A stretch of DNA of 64,000 bases, from NCBI GenBank assembly GCA_963702475.1, contig CAVPCT010000009.1, forward strand, positions 192,001-256,000, in the 5' to 3' direction. This document shows, one piece after another, positions 30,936 through 40,876 of this stretch (positions are counted from its first letter, which is position 1; each line of letters begins with the position of its first letter). Below the pieces are notes generated by a model. The model saw only the letters and a list, made by a program, of their open reading frames with translations. It searched no databases and had not been told where the DNA came from. The position numbers were made by a program, and so were the translations under genes. Origin of the DNA: an uncultured Thermoleophilia bacterium. GTDB taxonomy: Bacteria; Actinomycetota; Thermoleophilia; UBA2241.

Positions 30936-31301
30936 GTGTCTGCCGTCGACCTGCACATCCCTTTTTCGTCCCCGGGCCTCGCCGGCGGCATCACCATAGC
31001 GCACCAGGTCATCGCCAAGCTCGCCGGCAAGGCGGCCCGCGCCACGTACGGCGTGGTCGCCATGCAGGAGAAGCCCATGCGTCGCCTCAGCCACTTCCTG
31101 CGCAGCTCCTTCCTCGACGGCGTCGAGGTCGCCGTCCAGGACGGCCGGGCCAACATCGCCCTGCACGTCGTCATGGAGCGCGGACTCAACCTCGCCCAGG
31201 TCACGGCGAACCTGCGTGAGCAGGTCAGGTACCAGGTCGGCGAGGTGTGCGGCGTCCCGCTCGGCGAAGTCAGCGTGCGGGTCGAGGACCTCCAGGATTG
31301 A
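30936..31301 (+). CDS. Asp23/Gls24-family protein (YloU-like)
   Basis: VIAKLAGKAARATYGVVAM...VRYQV...VSVRVE; sits between rpmB and DAK2. Confidence 0.88.
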   Translation: MSAVDLHIPFSSPGLAGGITIAHQVIAKLAGKAARATYGVVAMQEKPMRRLSHFLRSSFLDGVEVAVQDGRANIALHVVMERGLNLAQVTANLREQVRYQVGEVCGVPLGEVSVRVEDLQD

Positions 31302-32926
31302 ACGTCCGGCTCACCGCCGTCGCCGTCATCGACGCCGCCCTCGCCGCCATCGAGGCCGAGCGCGGCGTCATCAACGACCTCAACGTCTATCCCGTCCCGG
31401 ACGGTGACACCGGCACCAATCTCGCCCTCACCGTCCGCGCGGTGCTGGACGAGCTCCAGCAGAGCGACGCCGAGACTGTCCCCGCGGTGGCCGCCGCGGT
31501 CACCAAGGGCTCGCTCATGGGGGCGCGCGGCAATTCTGGGGTCATCCTCTCGCAGATCGTGCGCGGCCTGTGCGAGGTGTGGGGCCGTTCCGAGAACCTG
31601 AGCACCGCCGGGTTCAAGGCCGCGCTCGCCGAGGGCACCTCGTGCGCATACCGCGCCGTCAAGGAGCCCGTGGAGGGCACCATGCTCACCGTGATCCGCG
31701 AGATGGCGGCGGCCGCCCAGAGCATCCCCGACGAGTGGGGTCTGGGCAAGCTGCTCGTGGCGGTCGAGGAGGCGGGGCGGGTGGCCGTGGAGAGGACCAC
31801 CGACCAGCTTCCGGCCCTCAAGAAGGCGGGCGTCGTCGACGCCGGCGGGTATGGGCTGCTCGTGCTCTTCCGCGGCCTCGCCGCCGGTATCGTGCGGCTC
31901 ATGCAGGGTGAGGTCCCGGCCGTCGCCCCGGCGCGTGTCGCGCTGCGCAGCGGCGAGACGCGCGCCCCCGCAGCCGCCGTCTCGGGGCCGTCCGAGCTCT
32001 CGGCGTACCGCTACTGCACCAGTCTCCTCATCAAGGGTGAGTACCTGGACAAGGCGGCGTTCGAGAGGTTCCTTCTGCCCATCGGCGACAGCGCCCTGGT
32101 GGTCGGCGACGAGCGCATGGTCAAGGTGCACGTGCACACCAACGATCCCGGTGTGGTGCTCACGCAGGCGCTCACCGTGGGCTCCATCGGCGAGGTCGAG
32201 ATCAACGACATGCACGAGCAGACGCGCGCTCGAGACGAGCGCCTGCAGGACCGCGCGGCGCTGTCTGAGAACGGGACGGTGGTGGTCGCCGTGGTCGCCG
32301 GAGAAGGCAACAAGGCGCTCTTCCGCGAGCTGGGCTGCGCCGCCATCGTCGACGGCGGTCAGTCCATGAACCCCAGCGCGGCGCAGCTGCTCGAGGCCGT
32401 GGAGGCGCTGGGCGCCGAGGAGGCCGTCATCCTGCCCAATAACGGCAACGTCATCCTCACGGCCGAGCAGGCCGCGGGCATGAGCGCCAGCCACATCGCC
32501 GTGGTGCCGTCGAGCTCCATCCCCGTCGGTCTCGCGGCCATGGTCGCGTTCGACCCGGACGCCGACGCCGTGGACAATGCCCGCCTCATGCAAGACGCCA
32601 TCGCAGAGGTGCGTTCAGCCGAGGTCACCCACGCGGTGCGCGACTCCGAGCTCGACGGCGTGCAGGTCCTCAAGGACCAGGCCATGGGCCTTGTCGACGG
32701 ACGTCTGGTGGCGGCCGCGGCGTCGCTCGAGGAGGCCTTCGCCGGCGTGCTCGAGGCGTTCGCCGAGGGTGGTGCGGAGTACATCACCGTACTCACCGCC
32801 CTCAACGGCTGGGGCGTGTCGCACGAACGGCTCGCGGAGCTGGCCGCTGAGCTTGCGCCCGAGGCGGAGGTCCACTTCCACGAGGGCGGCCAGCCGCTCT
32901 ATCCCATCCTTGCCAGCGCGGAGTGA
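31298..32926 (+). CDS. DAK2-domain fatty acid kinase subunit A (YloV/FakA-like)
   Basis: INDLNVYPVPDGDTGTNL, GARGNSGVILSQ, VVDAGG, KVHVHT, GGQPLYP. Confidence 0.95.
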   Translation: MNVRLTAVAVIDAALAAIEAERGVINDLNVYPVPDGDTGTNLALTVRAVLDELQQSDAETVPAVAAAVTKGSLMGARGNSGVILSQIVRGLCEVWGRSENLSTAGFKAALAEGTSCAYRAVKEPVEGTMLTVIREMAAAAQSIPDEWGLGKLLVAVEEAGRVAVERTTDQLPALKKAGVVDAGGYGLLVLFRGLAAGIVRLMQGEVPAVAPARVALRSGETRAPAAAVSGPSELSAYRYCTSLLIKGEYLDKAAFERFLLPIGDSALVVGDERMVKVHVHTNDPGVVLTQALTVGSIGEVEINDMHEQTRARDERLQDRAALSENGTVVVAVVAGEGNKALFRELGCAAIVDGGQSMNPSAAQLLEAVEALGAEEAVILPNNGNVILTAEQAAGMSASHIAVVPSSSIPVGLAAMVAFDPDADAVDNARLMQDAIAEVRSAEVTHAVRDSELDGVQVLKDQAMGLVDGRLVAAAASLEEAFAGVLEAFAEGGAEYITVLTALNGWGVSHERLAELAAELAPEAEVHFHEGGQPLYPILASAE

Positions 32927-32933
32927 GGTCCTC

Positions 32934-33794
32934 ATGAACACCAGCCTCAGCCTCGACAACACGGCCATCGTCCTCGACTCCACCTCCGACCCCTCGGACG
33001 GCTTCTTCGACCGCCCCGGGCTTTTCATGGTCCCGCTCAAGGTGCACTTCGGCGACGAGACGTATCGTGACGGCGTCGACATGACCTACCAGGAGTTCTT
33101 CGCCAAGCTCGAGGCGTCGGAGGTGCTCCCCACCACGTCGCAGCCCACCGCGGGCGAGTTCGCCGCCGTGTACGAGGAGGCGCGCAGCACGTACGAGCAC
33201 GTCTTCTCGCTGCACATCTCGGGCGAGATGAGCGGTACCGTGCGCGCCGCGCGTCAGGCGGCGGAGGCCATCGACAACGTGTACGTGTACGACCTGCGCA
33301 CGGTCACGACGGCCCTGGCCCTGGGAGGCGAGCGCCTGCGCGCCCACCTCGAGCGGGGGTGCACGCTCGACGAGGCCAAGAGCTACATCGAGTACTTCAT
33401 CGAGCACCACGGCCTGCTCATCCACGCGGCCACGCTCGAGTACCTGCGCCGCGGCGGCCGCATCGGACGCGCCGCCTCGTTCGTCGGCGGCGTGTTCGAC
33501 ATCAAGCCGCTCATCACCGACGAAGAGGGGTTCCTCAAGGGCTACGCCAAGGTCCGCGGCACGAAGAAGGCGCTCGACGCCATGCAGCGCTTCGTCGAGG
33601 AGCGCAGCAAGCCCGACGACGAGGTGTACTTCTGCACGATCGACGCCATCAACTACGAAGAGCCCTCTCTCATCCGCGAGATGATCGAGCGCATCAGGCC
33701 CAACGCGCACTTCGTGCTGCACGGGCACGTGGCCGCGGTCGTCGGCACCCACATCGGCCCGGGCACGTCGGCGTTCGCCATCATCCCGGAGTAG
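32934..33794 (+). CDS. DegV-family fatty acid-binding protein (FakB-like)
   Basis: DSTSD, PTTSQP, HISGEMSGT, LRRGGRIG, HIGPG. Confidence 0.95.
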   Translation: MNTSLSLDNTAIVLDSTSDPSDGFFDRPGLFMVPLKVHFGDETYRDGVDMTYQEFFAKLEASEVLPTTSQPTAGEFAAVYEEARSTYEHVFSLHISGEMSGTVRAARQAAEAIDNVYVYDLRTVTTALALGGERLRAHLERGCTLDEAKSYIEYFIEHHGLLIHAATLEYLRRGGRIGRAASFVGGVFDIKPLITDEEGFLKGYAKVRGTKKALDAMQRFVEERSKPDDEVYFCTIDAINYEEPSLIREMIERIRPNAHFVLHGHVAAVVGTHIGPGTSAFAIIPE

Positions 33795-33925
33795 TCACGC
33801 CAGACCAGCTTCCGCTCCGTTTCGGGGGCGGCCGGTACGCCGCACGGCCGCCCACCCCGCGACTCTGCTTCCGTCCCGGCGCGCTCGACCGTCCCCTCGC
33901 GGACCTCGACCACGTCACGCCGCAC

Positions 33926-35956
33926 GTGGCCAGGCGCCTCGCCGCCTTCGGCCTCGAGACGGTCGGCGACCTCATCGACCACTTCCCGCGCCGCTACGAG
34001 GACTTCCGTGACCGCAAGCTCATCCGTGACCTCAAGGTCGGGGAAGAGGCGACCGTGCGTGGCGTGGTCGTCAGCGTCTCGGCCGAGCGCACCTCCCGCC
34101 GCCGGGTGGACGTCGTGCGTGCTGCGGTGCGCGATGAGACGGGCAGCGTCGAGGCCGTGTGGTTCAACCAGAGGTACCTGACGAAGGTCCTGGTCGAGGG
34201 CGTGCACGTCAGCCTGCGCGGCACGTACAGGCCGCGTGGCGGGCACGCCACCTTCACCGTCAAGAGCCACGAGATCCTCGAAGAGGAAGAGTCGGGTTCC
34301 GTCCACACCGAGGGCGTCGTGCCGGTGTACCCCGCCAGTGAACAGGTATCGGCGCGCCTGCTGCGCGGGCTCCTGCGTGAGGTGCTGCCCGAGATGCGCC
34401 GCCTGCCGGACCCGCTGCCCGCGTGGCTGCGGGCGCGCGAGCGCCTGCCGGGGCGGGCCGATGCGACCTTGGCCGTGCACGCGCCGTGGGACGTACACGC
34501 GGCGCGCGTGGCGCGCGCCAGGCTGGTCCTGGAGGAGCTGCTGCTCATGCAGACGGGCCTGCTGCTGCACAAGCAGCAGGAGCAGCGGCGCGTCAGCGCT
34601 CCCGAGTTCGCGCCGCCCGGCGACCTGGCCGCCGCCTTCCTCGACTCGCTCCCGTTCGAGCTCACCACGCACCAGCTCGAGGCCCTCGACGAGCTCGAGG
34701 GCGATCTGCGGCGCGACGTCCCGATGCGCCGGCTGCTGCAAGGCGACGTGGGTTCCGGCAAGACGGTCGTCGCCCTGTACTGTCTGGTGCGCGCCGCCGA
34801 GGCCGGCAGGCAGGGCGCGCTCATGGCGCCGACGGAGACGCTCGCGGCGCAGCATGCGGAGACGGCCGCGCGGCTGGTGGGCTCGCTCATGCCCACGGAG
34901 TTGCTCACGGCGTCGCTGGGCGTGCGCGAACGGCGCGAGACGCTGGAGCGCATCGCCTCGGGCGCCGCCGGTCTCGTGATCGGCACGCACGCGCTGCTCC
35001 AGGAGGACGTCGCGTTCTCACGTCTCGGCCTGCTCGTCGTGGACGAGCAGCACCGCTTCGGCGTGGAGCAGCGCGACGCGCTGGTGCGGCGCGCCGAGCA
35101 CGGCGGCCACGCGCCGCACGTCCTGCACATGACCGCCACTCCCATCCCGCGCACCCTGGCGCTCACCGTGTACGGCGACCTGGACGTGACGACGATCGCC
35201 GGGGTGCCGTCCGGGCGCCGACCTGTCGTCACCCGCTTGGTTGACGAGGCGCAGCGCGAGACGGGCTACGAGTTCGTGCGCGGACAGCTGGCCAGGGGCA
35301 GGCAGGTCTACGTGGTCTGCCCAGCCATCGATGAGTCTGACGCCTTCGACGCCACCACCGCCGTAGCCGAGGCGGAGCGCCTGCAGGCCGGGCCCTTCCG
35401 CGACGCGTGTGTCGCGGTGGTGCACGGCCAGCTCAAGGCCGCCGACCGTGATGCCGTCATGCGCGCCTTCAAGGCCGGGAAGGTCCACGTACTGGTGGCC
35501 ACCAGCCTCATCGAGGTCGGCATCGACGTGCCCAACGCCACCGTCATGATCGTGGAGGGCGCCGAGCGCTTCGGGCTGGCCCAGCTGCACCAGCTGCGCG
35601 GCCGCGTGGGGCGCGGCACCGAGAAGTCGTACTGCCTGCTCTTCTCGAACGCCGAGACCGGCGCGTCGCAGGCTCGACTCGAAGCCCTCCTCGAGACCAA
35701 CGACGGCTTCGTCCTCGCCGACCGCGACCTGGAGATCCGCGGGGAGGGCCAGGTGATGGGAGCGCGCCAGGCTGGTGTGCCCGACCTCAAGCTCGCCCGC
35801 CTGGCGCGCGACCGCAAGGCCCTGCTGCGTGCCCGCGAGCTGGCCGCGGAGATCCTCGCCGCCGACCCGCAGCTCTCGAGCTCCGTGAACGCGCCGCTCG
35901 CCGACGCAGTGCGCGGGGCCTTCGGCCACGAGCTCGCCTGGCTGTTGAAGGCTTGA
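33926..35956 (+). CDS. recG: ATP-dependent DNA helicase RecG (start uncertain, may be further upstream)
   Basis: HFPRRYED, QGDVGSGKT, DEQHRFG, MTATPIPRT, QLHQLRGRVGRG, DLEIRGEG. Confidence 0.95.
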   Translation: MARRLAAFGLETVGDLIDHFPRRYEDFRDRKLIRDLKVGEEATVRGVVVSVSAERTSRRRVDVVRAAVRDETGSVEAVWFNQRYLTKVLVEGVHVSLRGTYRPRGGHATFTVKSHEILEEEESGSVHTEGVVPVYPASEQVSARLLRGLLREVLPEMRRLPDPLPAWLRARERLPGRADATLAVHAPWDVHAARVARARLVLEELLLMQTGLLLHKQQEQRRVSAPEFAPPGDLAAAFLDSLPFELTTHQLEALDELEGDLRRDVPMRRLLQGDVGSGKTVVALYCLVRAAEAGRQGALMAPTETLAAQHAETAARLVGSLMPTELLTASLGVRERRETLERIASGAAGLVIGTHALLQEDVAFSRLGLLVVDEQHRFGVEQRDALVRRAEHGGHAPHVLHMTATPIPRTLALTVYGDLDVTTIAGVPSGRRPVVTRLVDEAQRETGYEFVRGQLARGRQVYVVCPAIDESDAFDATTAVAEAERLQAGPFRDACVAVVHGQLKAADRDAVMRAFKAGKVHVLVATSLIEVGIDVPNATVMIVEGAERFGLAQLHQLRGRVGRGTEKSYCLLFSNAETGASQARLEALLETNDGFVLADRDLEIRGEGQVMGARQAGVPDLKLARLARDRKALLRARELAAEILAADPQLSSSVNAPLADAVRGAFGHELAWLLKA

Positions 35957-36063
35957 GGGCCGCGGCGCCGGTGAAGCGGGCGGCGGCCGCCGAGGCGCCG
36001 TGCCGCGGCTGCGCGCGCACCCGCCGCCCCCTGGCCGCGCCCGGCCCGCCGGCGCGCCTCCCG

Positions 36064-36069
36064 TATACT
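36064..36069 (+). promoter_or_regulatory. -10 box of a probable leaderless transcript
   Basis: TATACT 6 nt upstream of ATG 36076, with no SD sequence. Confidence 0.55.
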
Positions 36070-36075
36070 CAACAC

Positions 36076-38679
36076 ATGCGCACGCCCGAGCTCATCGCCA
36101 CCCACACCAACACCGACTTCGACGCATTCGCGGCCATGGTGGCCGCCCGCAAGCTCTACCCCGAGGCGGCCGTCAGCCTGGGCGGTGCCGTGAACCGCAA
36201 CGTCCGTGAGTTCCAGGCGCTGTACGCCGATCTCATCCCTGTGGTGGACCCGGCGGACGTGGAACACGACAGCGTCCGCCGCCTCATCCTCGTCGACACC
36301 GTCCATGCCAACCGGCTCGGCGAGCTGAGCGACCTGTGCACGCGAGACGGGGTCCAGGTCGTCGCCTTCGACCATCACACCCACCTGGACGATCTGCCGG
36401 CCTTCCTCAGCCCCGACGCTCTCGTCACCTCTGCGGACGGCTCACTCGTCACCCTGTTCGTGCGCATCATCGCCGAGAGGGGCCTGCCCATCTCGGCGTT
36501 CGAGGCATCGGTGTTCGCGCTGGGCATCCACGAAGACACCGGTTCGCTCACGTTCTCCACCACGACGCCGGGCGACGCAGAGGCCCTGGCGCTGTGCATG
36601 CAGATGGGCGCGGACACCGTGTTGCTGGAGAAGTGGCTGGCCAACACGCTGACGCCGGCCCAGCGCCGCACCCTGGCCGGGGCGCTGCAGACCGCCGAGG
36701 AGCTGCCCGTCGAGGATGCCACGGTCCTGCTGTCCGCCCTGCGCCAGGACCTCTACGTGGAGGGCGTCAGCGTCGTGGCCCACCGCGTCATGGACCTCAC
36801 GGGCTGCGACGGCTACTTCCTGCTCGTGGCCATGGAGAACCGCGTCTTCGTCACCGCGCGGAGTCGCGGCAACCGGCTCGACGTGGCCCGCGCTCTGGCC
36901 GCCGTCGGCGGAGGCGGCCACCCTGCGGCCGCCTCGGCCGTCGTGAAGGACCGGACCCTCGAGGAGGTTGCCGCGGTCGTCAGGGCGGCCGTCCCCTCGT
37001 CCGTGATCCCCGTGCAGAAGGTCGAGGAGGTCATGGTCGCGGCGCCGCCGGTGGTGGACGCCGTCACGACCGTCGACGACGCCGCGCTGCTCTGCCGGCG
37101 GGAGGGGCTCGGCGGCACCCTGGTGGCCGACGAAGGCCGCCTCGTGGGCAAGGTCGCGCTGTCGGACCTCGAGCGTGCCTCGGCACACGGCCTCGGCCAC
37201 GCGCCGGTCAAGGCCGTGATGACGGCGCGGGTCACACTGGTGCCGGCGCGCATGTCCGTCGAGCGCGCCGCCGTTGCGGTCGCGCAGGAGGAGATCGGAT
37301 GGGCGCCGGTCACGCGCGGCGGTGCCCCGGAGCCGGCGCTTGACGAGGTGCTGGGCGCCGTGACGCGCAGGTCGCTGTCGGGGATGGCGCCCGTGACGCC
37401 GCCGGCACCGGTGGTCGCGAACCTCGCCGGAGAGCTGGGCGAGCTGGGGCTCGACCACCTCTTCCGCCAGATCCAGGCGGTCGCGGCCGGCGTGCGTGGC
37501 GTGTACCTCGTGGGCGGCGCCGTCCGCGACGTGCTGCTCCGCCAGCCGGGCTTCGACGTCGACATCGCCGTCGAGGGCGACGGCATCGCCTTCGCCGCCG
37601 ACCTCGCGGCCCGGCTCAAAGGACACGTGCGTCCCCACGAGAAGTTCGGCACGGCGGTCGTGGTCGCCGACGGCCCGGAGGGAGAGCACTGGCGCGTCGA
37701 CGTCGTCTCGACACGCTCGGAGTCCTACGAGCATCCGGGCGCCCTGCCCAAGGTCGAGCACGCCGGCATCCGCAGCGACCTGGCGCGCCGCGACTTCAGC
37801 ATCAACGCCATGGCCGTGTCGCTCAAGCCCGAGACCTTCGGCGACGTCCTCGACTACTACGGCGGCCTCGAAGACCTGCGGGCCCGCCGCATCGTCGTGC
37901 TCCACAACCTCAGCTTCATCGAGGACCCCACGCGCGTGCTGCGGGCGATCCGCTACGAGAACCGGTACGGCCTCCGCATGGACGGCCATACATACAACCT
38001 GGCGCGGGCGTGCTGCGCCATGGACCTGGTCGGCGACCTCTCCTCCGCGCGCCTGCGCGATGAGCTGGTCTCGCTGCTGGAGGAAGAGCGTGCCGACTTC
38101 TCGCTGCGACGCATGGAGGAGCTGGGCCTGACGCCATCGATCCACGGGCGTCTGCGCGCCGACCCGCACACCAGGGAGCTCATCAAGCGCAGCGACAGGC
38201 TGCGCTCTGCCCATCACCTCGAGAACGAGCTGCCTCGCTGGCGGCTGCGCCTCATCTGGATGCTCCGCGACCTGGAGCCGGAGGACATCGCCTTGTGGAC
38301 CGAACGGATGCGGATCAAGCGGCAGGACGCGGACGTGCTCGAACGCGGTCTCGTCCTGGGTCGCCGCCTGGCCGGCCGCGTACGCCGAGGCCCCGGGGAA
38401 GCGGAGCTCTACGATCTCGTGAGCGGCGAGCCGCTCGAGGCCGTGCTCGCCGCGATGACGCTGGACGAGACCGACGTGGCCGCGGCGCGCCTGGGGCGGT
38501 ACCTCGACGTGACCAGGCAGGTGCGGCTCGAGATCACCGGCGAGGATCTCCTCGCCCTCGGGTTCCCGACCTCGCCACAGATCGGCGAGGTCCTGCGCAG
38601 CGTGCTGCACCTCAAGCTGAACGGGGTGGTCCGCGGCCGGGAGCAGGAGCTTGAGGCGGCCGCGAGGATGCGCCCATGA
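36076..38679 (+). CDS. cca: DHH-CBS-fused tRNA nucleotidyltransferase (CCA/A-adding)
   Basis: THTNTDFDA, DHH, GGGHPAAAS, CBS pair, YLVGGAVRD...DVD, DLARRDFSINAMA, EDPTRVLRA. Confidence 0.9.
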   Translation: MRTPELIATHTNTDFDAFAAMVAARKLYPEAAVSLGGAVNRNVREFQALYADLIPVVDPADVEHDSVRRLILVDTVHANRLGELSDLCTRDGVQVVAFDHHTHLDDLPAFLSPDALVTSADGSLVTLFVRIIAERGLPISAFEASVFALGIHEDTGSLTFSTTTPGDAEALALCMQMGADTVLLEKWLANTLTPAQRRTLAGALQTAEELPVEDATVLLSALRQDLYVEGVSVVAHRVMDLTGCDGYFLLVAMENRVFVTARSRGNRLDVARALAAVGGGGHPAAASAVVKDRTLEEVAAVVRAAVPSSVIPVQKVEEVMVAAPPVVDAVTTVDDAALLCRREGLGGTLVADEGRLVGKVALSDLERASAHGLGHAPVKAVMTARVTLVPARMSVERAAVAVAQEEIGWAPVTRGGAPEPALDEVLGAVTRRSLSGMAPVTPPAPVVANLAGELGELGLDHLFRQIQAVAAGVRGVYLVGGAVRDVLLRQPGFDVDIAVEGDGIAFAADLAARLKGHVRPHEKFGTAVVVADGPEGEHWRVDVVSTRSESYEHPGALPKVEHAGIRSDLARRDFSINAMAVSLKPETFGDVLDYYGGLEDLRARRIVVLHNLSFIEDPTRVLRAIRYENRYGLRMDGHTYNLARACCAMDLVGDLSSARLRDELVSLLEEERADFSLRRMEELGLTPSIHGRLRADPHTRELIKRSDRLRSAHHLENELPRWRLRLIWMLRDLEPEDIALWTERMRIKRQDADVLERGLVLGRRLAGRVRRGPGEAELYDLVSGEPLEAVLAAMTLDETDVAAARLGRYLDVTRQVRLEITGEDLLALGFPTSPQIGEVLRSVLHLKLNGVVRGREQELEAAARMRP

Positions 38680-39317
38680 ACGGCAACGAGCTCTTTCTGC
38701 GCTTCCTCCTCACTCTCCCGCTTCTGCTGCTCAGTCTCGTGGCGCACGAGCTCGCGCACGGGTGGGTCGCCGACAGGCTCGGCGATCCTACGCCACGCGA
38801 GCACGGCCGCCTGACCCTGAACCCCATCAAGCACCTGGACCTCTGGGGCACGGTGTTCCTCGTGGTCTCGTTCGTGGGCTCGGGCGGGCAGTTCTTCTTC
38901 GGCTGGGCCCGCCCGGTGCCCATCAGCCCGTGGCGCTTCAAGGACCCGCAGCGTGGGGAGATGCTCGTGTCGGTCGCGGGGCCGGCGGCCAACTTCGCGC
39001 TCGCCGCCGTCAGCTGCGGGGCCATCTGGCTCACCTACACCTGGAGCCTGTTCCTGGCCCAGGTCCTGCTCCTGTGTTTCGTGCTCAACGTCATCCTGGG
39101 GACCTTCAATCTGCTTCCCATCCCGGGGCTTGACGGCGGCGGCGTGGTGGGCGGGCTGCTGCCGCGCAAGGCCTGGCTGCGGTGGCTCGGCTGGAGCCGG
39201 TACGGCACGTGGGTGTTCATCGGCATCTTCCTGCTGCTCATGGCGTTCCCAGGCCTGTTCGACGCCACCATCGGCGCCGTGCTGCGCTGGTCGTACACGC
39301 TGCTCCCGGGTGGTTGA
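38676..39317 (+). CDS. Site-2 protease (M50)
   Basis: HELAH, LTLNPIKHLD, AGPAAN, FNLLPIPGLDG. Confidence 0.93.
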   Translation: MNGNELFLRFLLTLPLLLLSLVAHELAHGWVADRLGDPTPREHGRLTLNPIKHLDLWGTVFLVVSFVGSGGQFFFGWARPVPISPWRFKDPQRGEMLVSVAGPAANFALAAVSCGAIWLTYTWSLFLAQVLLLCFVLNVILGTFNLLPIPGLDGGGVVGGLLPRKAWLRWLGWSRYGTWVFIGIFLLLMAFPGLFDATIGAVLRWSYTLLPGG

Positions 39318-39318
39318 C

Positions 39319-40128
39319 GTGGGCGCGGACGGAGGCTCGCTTGGCCCCTCAGGGGAGACCGCCTGGCGCGAGGCGGGCGCTCTGCGCTGGCTGGAATGGA
39401 GGGCCGGTGAAGCGGTCGCCGCGTTCCCCTCGCGCGAGGGCGGTGTCTCGGCGCCGCCCTTCGACAGCCTGAACCTCGGTCTGTCGGTCGGCGACGACCC
39501 CTCGGCCGTGCTCGTGAACCGGCGCCGGTTCTGGGGCGCGGTGGGGCTGGAGCCGGGGCGCGTGGTGGTGCCCGGGCAGGTGCACGGCACCACGCTGGGC
39601 TGGGTCGGGGAGGCCGAGGCGGGGCGCGGCGCCGCCGATCGCGAGAGCGTGCTCCACGAACACGACGCGCTTCTCACGGCCACGCCCGCGCTTGGGCTCG
39701 TGGTGAGCTACGCCGACTGCGTGCCGGTGGTGATCCTGGCGAGCGGCCCGCAGGGCCCCGCGCTCGCCACCGTCCACGCCGGCTGGCGCGGCATGCTGGC
39801 CGGTATCGTCGGGGCGGCGGCGCGCGAACTCGCGAGCCGCGGCCGTCTTGCGGCCGCGGTCGTCGGCCCCAGCATCGGGCCGTGCTGCTTCGCCGTGGAC
39901 GACGGGCTGCGCGCACAGTTCGAGGCGCGGTTCCCGGGCTCGGCCGGCGCCGAAACCGTCGACCTCTGGGCGTGCGCCCGGCGGGAACTGGAGGCCGCCG
40001 GCCTCCCGCGGGATGCGGTCATGCTCACGAGCCTCTGCACGGCATCGGACGGCAGGTTCTTCTCCCACCGCAGGGACCGCGGTGCGACCGGCCGTCATCT
40101 GGCGATAGCATGGCTGCAGGCATCGTGA
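39319..40128 (+). CDS. pgeF: YfiH/YlmD laccase-domain protein (peptidoglycan editing factor)
   Basis: SLNLG, QVHG, ADCVPV, HAGWRG, GPSIGPCCF, FFSHRR. Confidence 0.9.
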   Translation: MGADGGSLGPSGETAWREAGALRWLEWRAGEAVAAFPSREGGVSAPPFDSLNLGLSVGDDPSAVLVNRRRFWGAVGLEPGRVVVPGQVHGTTLGWVGEAEAGRGAADRESVLHEHDALLTATPALGLVVSYADCVPVVILASGPQGPALATVHAGWRGMLAGIVGAAARELASRGRLAAAVVGPSIGPCCFAVDDGLRAQFEARFPGSAGAETVDLWACARRELEAAGLPRDAVMLTSLCTASDGRFFSHRRDRGATGRHLAIAWLQAS

Positions 40129-40165
40129 AGCACGGACGCGCGCGAGCGCGGGGAGGAGGCTCGTA

Positions 40166-40858
40166 GTGGTCAGGCAGTTCGTGCCCAGAGTCGAGGTGGT
40201 CCGCGAGCGCTTCGCCGAAGTGGAGAGCCGGGTCGCCGCGGCCGCCGTGGCGGCCGGTCGCGACCCGGCCGACGTACGCGTGCTCGTCGCCACCAAGTAC
40301 GTGGCCGTCGAGCACCTGGGCGTGCTCGCCGAGGCCGGCGTGCGCCTGATCGGCGAGAACCGCGCCCAGGACCTCGTCGACAAGCACGAGCTCTACGGCG
40401 ACGTGTTCGAGTACCACTTCATCGGGCACCTGCAGAGCCGCAAGACCAGGACGGTGCTGCCCCTCGTCACGCTCATCCACTCCGTGGACGGCATGAGCGT
40501 GGTACAGGAGATACAGGCCCGGGCCGCGAACACCACAGACGTGCTGCTCGAGGTCAACATCGCCGGCGAAGAGACGAAGAGCGGCCTCGCCCTCGCGGAC
40601 GTGGACGCGTTCCTGGACGAGGCCGCCCACTGCGAGAAGGTCCGCTTCTGCGGCCTGATGTGCATGCCGCCGCTGGGCGACGACCCCGAGCACGCGCGCC
40701 CGTACTTCGCGCGCACCCGCGAGCTGGCCGAACGGCTTTCGGCAGCCTGGCGGGGCACATATACTTTCGGACAGCTGTCGATGGGCACAAGCGCCGACTA
40801 CGAGGTCGCGGCGCAAGAGGGCGCGACCGTCGTGCGTGTGGGCAGCGTGCTCTTCTGA
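40166..40858 (+). CDS. yggS: YggS/YlmE PLP homeostasis protein
   Basis: VATKY, GENRAQ, HFIGHLQSRK, LSMGTSADY, VRVGS. Confidence 0.95.
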   Translation: MVRQFVPRVEVVRERFAEVESRVAAAAVAAGRDPADVRVLVATKYVAVEHLGVLAEAGVRLIGENRAQDLVDKHELYGDVFEYHFIGHLQSRKTRTVLPLVTLIHSVDGMSVVQEIQARAANTTDVLLEVNIAGEETKSGLALADVDAFLDEAAHCEKVRFCGLMCMPPLGDDPEHARPYFARTRELAERLSAAWRGTYTFGQLSMGTSADYEVAAQEGATVVRVGSVLF

Positions 40859-40876
40859 GACGGTAGGGAGGGACCC

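Noticed and set aside
30416-32593. 725-aa ORF ending in L28 (apparent giant ribosomal protein fusion)
   Set aside because: It is the antisense shadow of asp23/DAK2 that happens to be in frame; the real rpmB starts at 30607.
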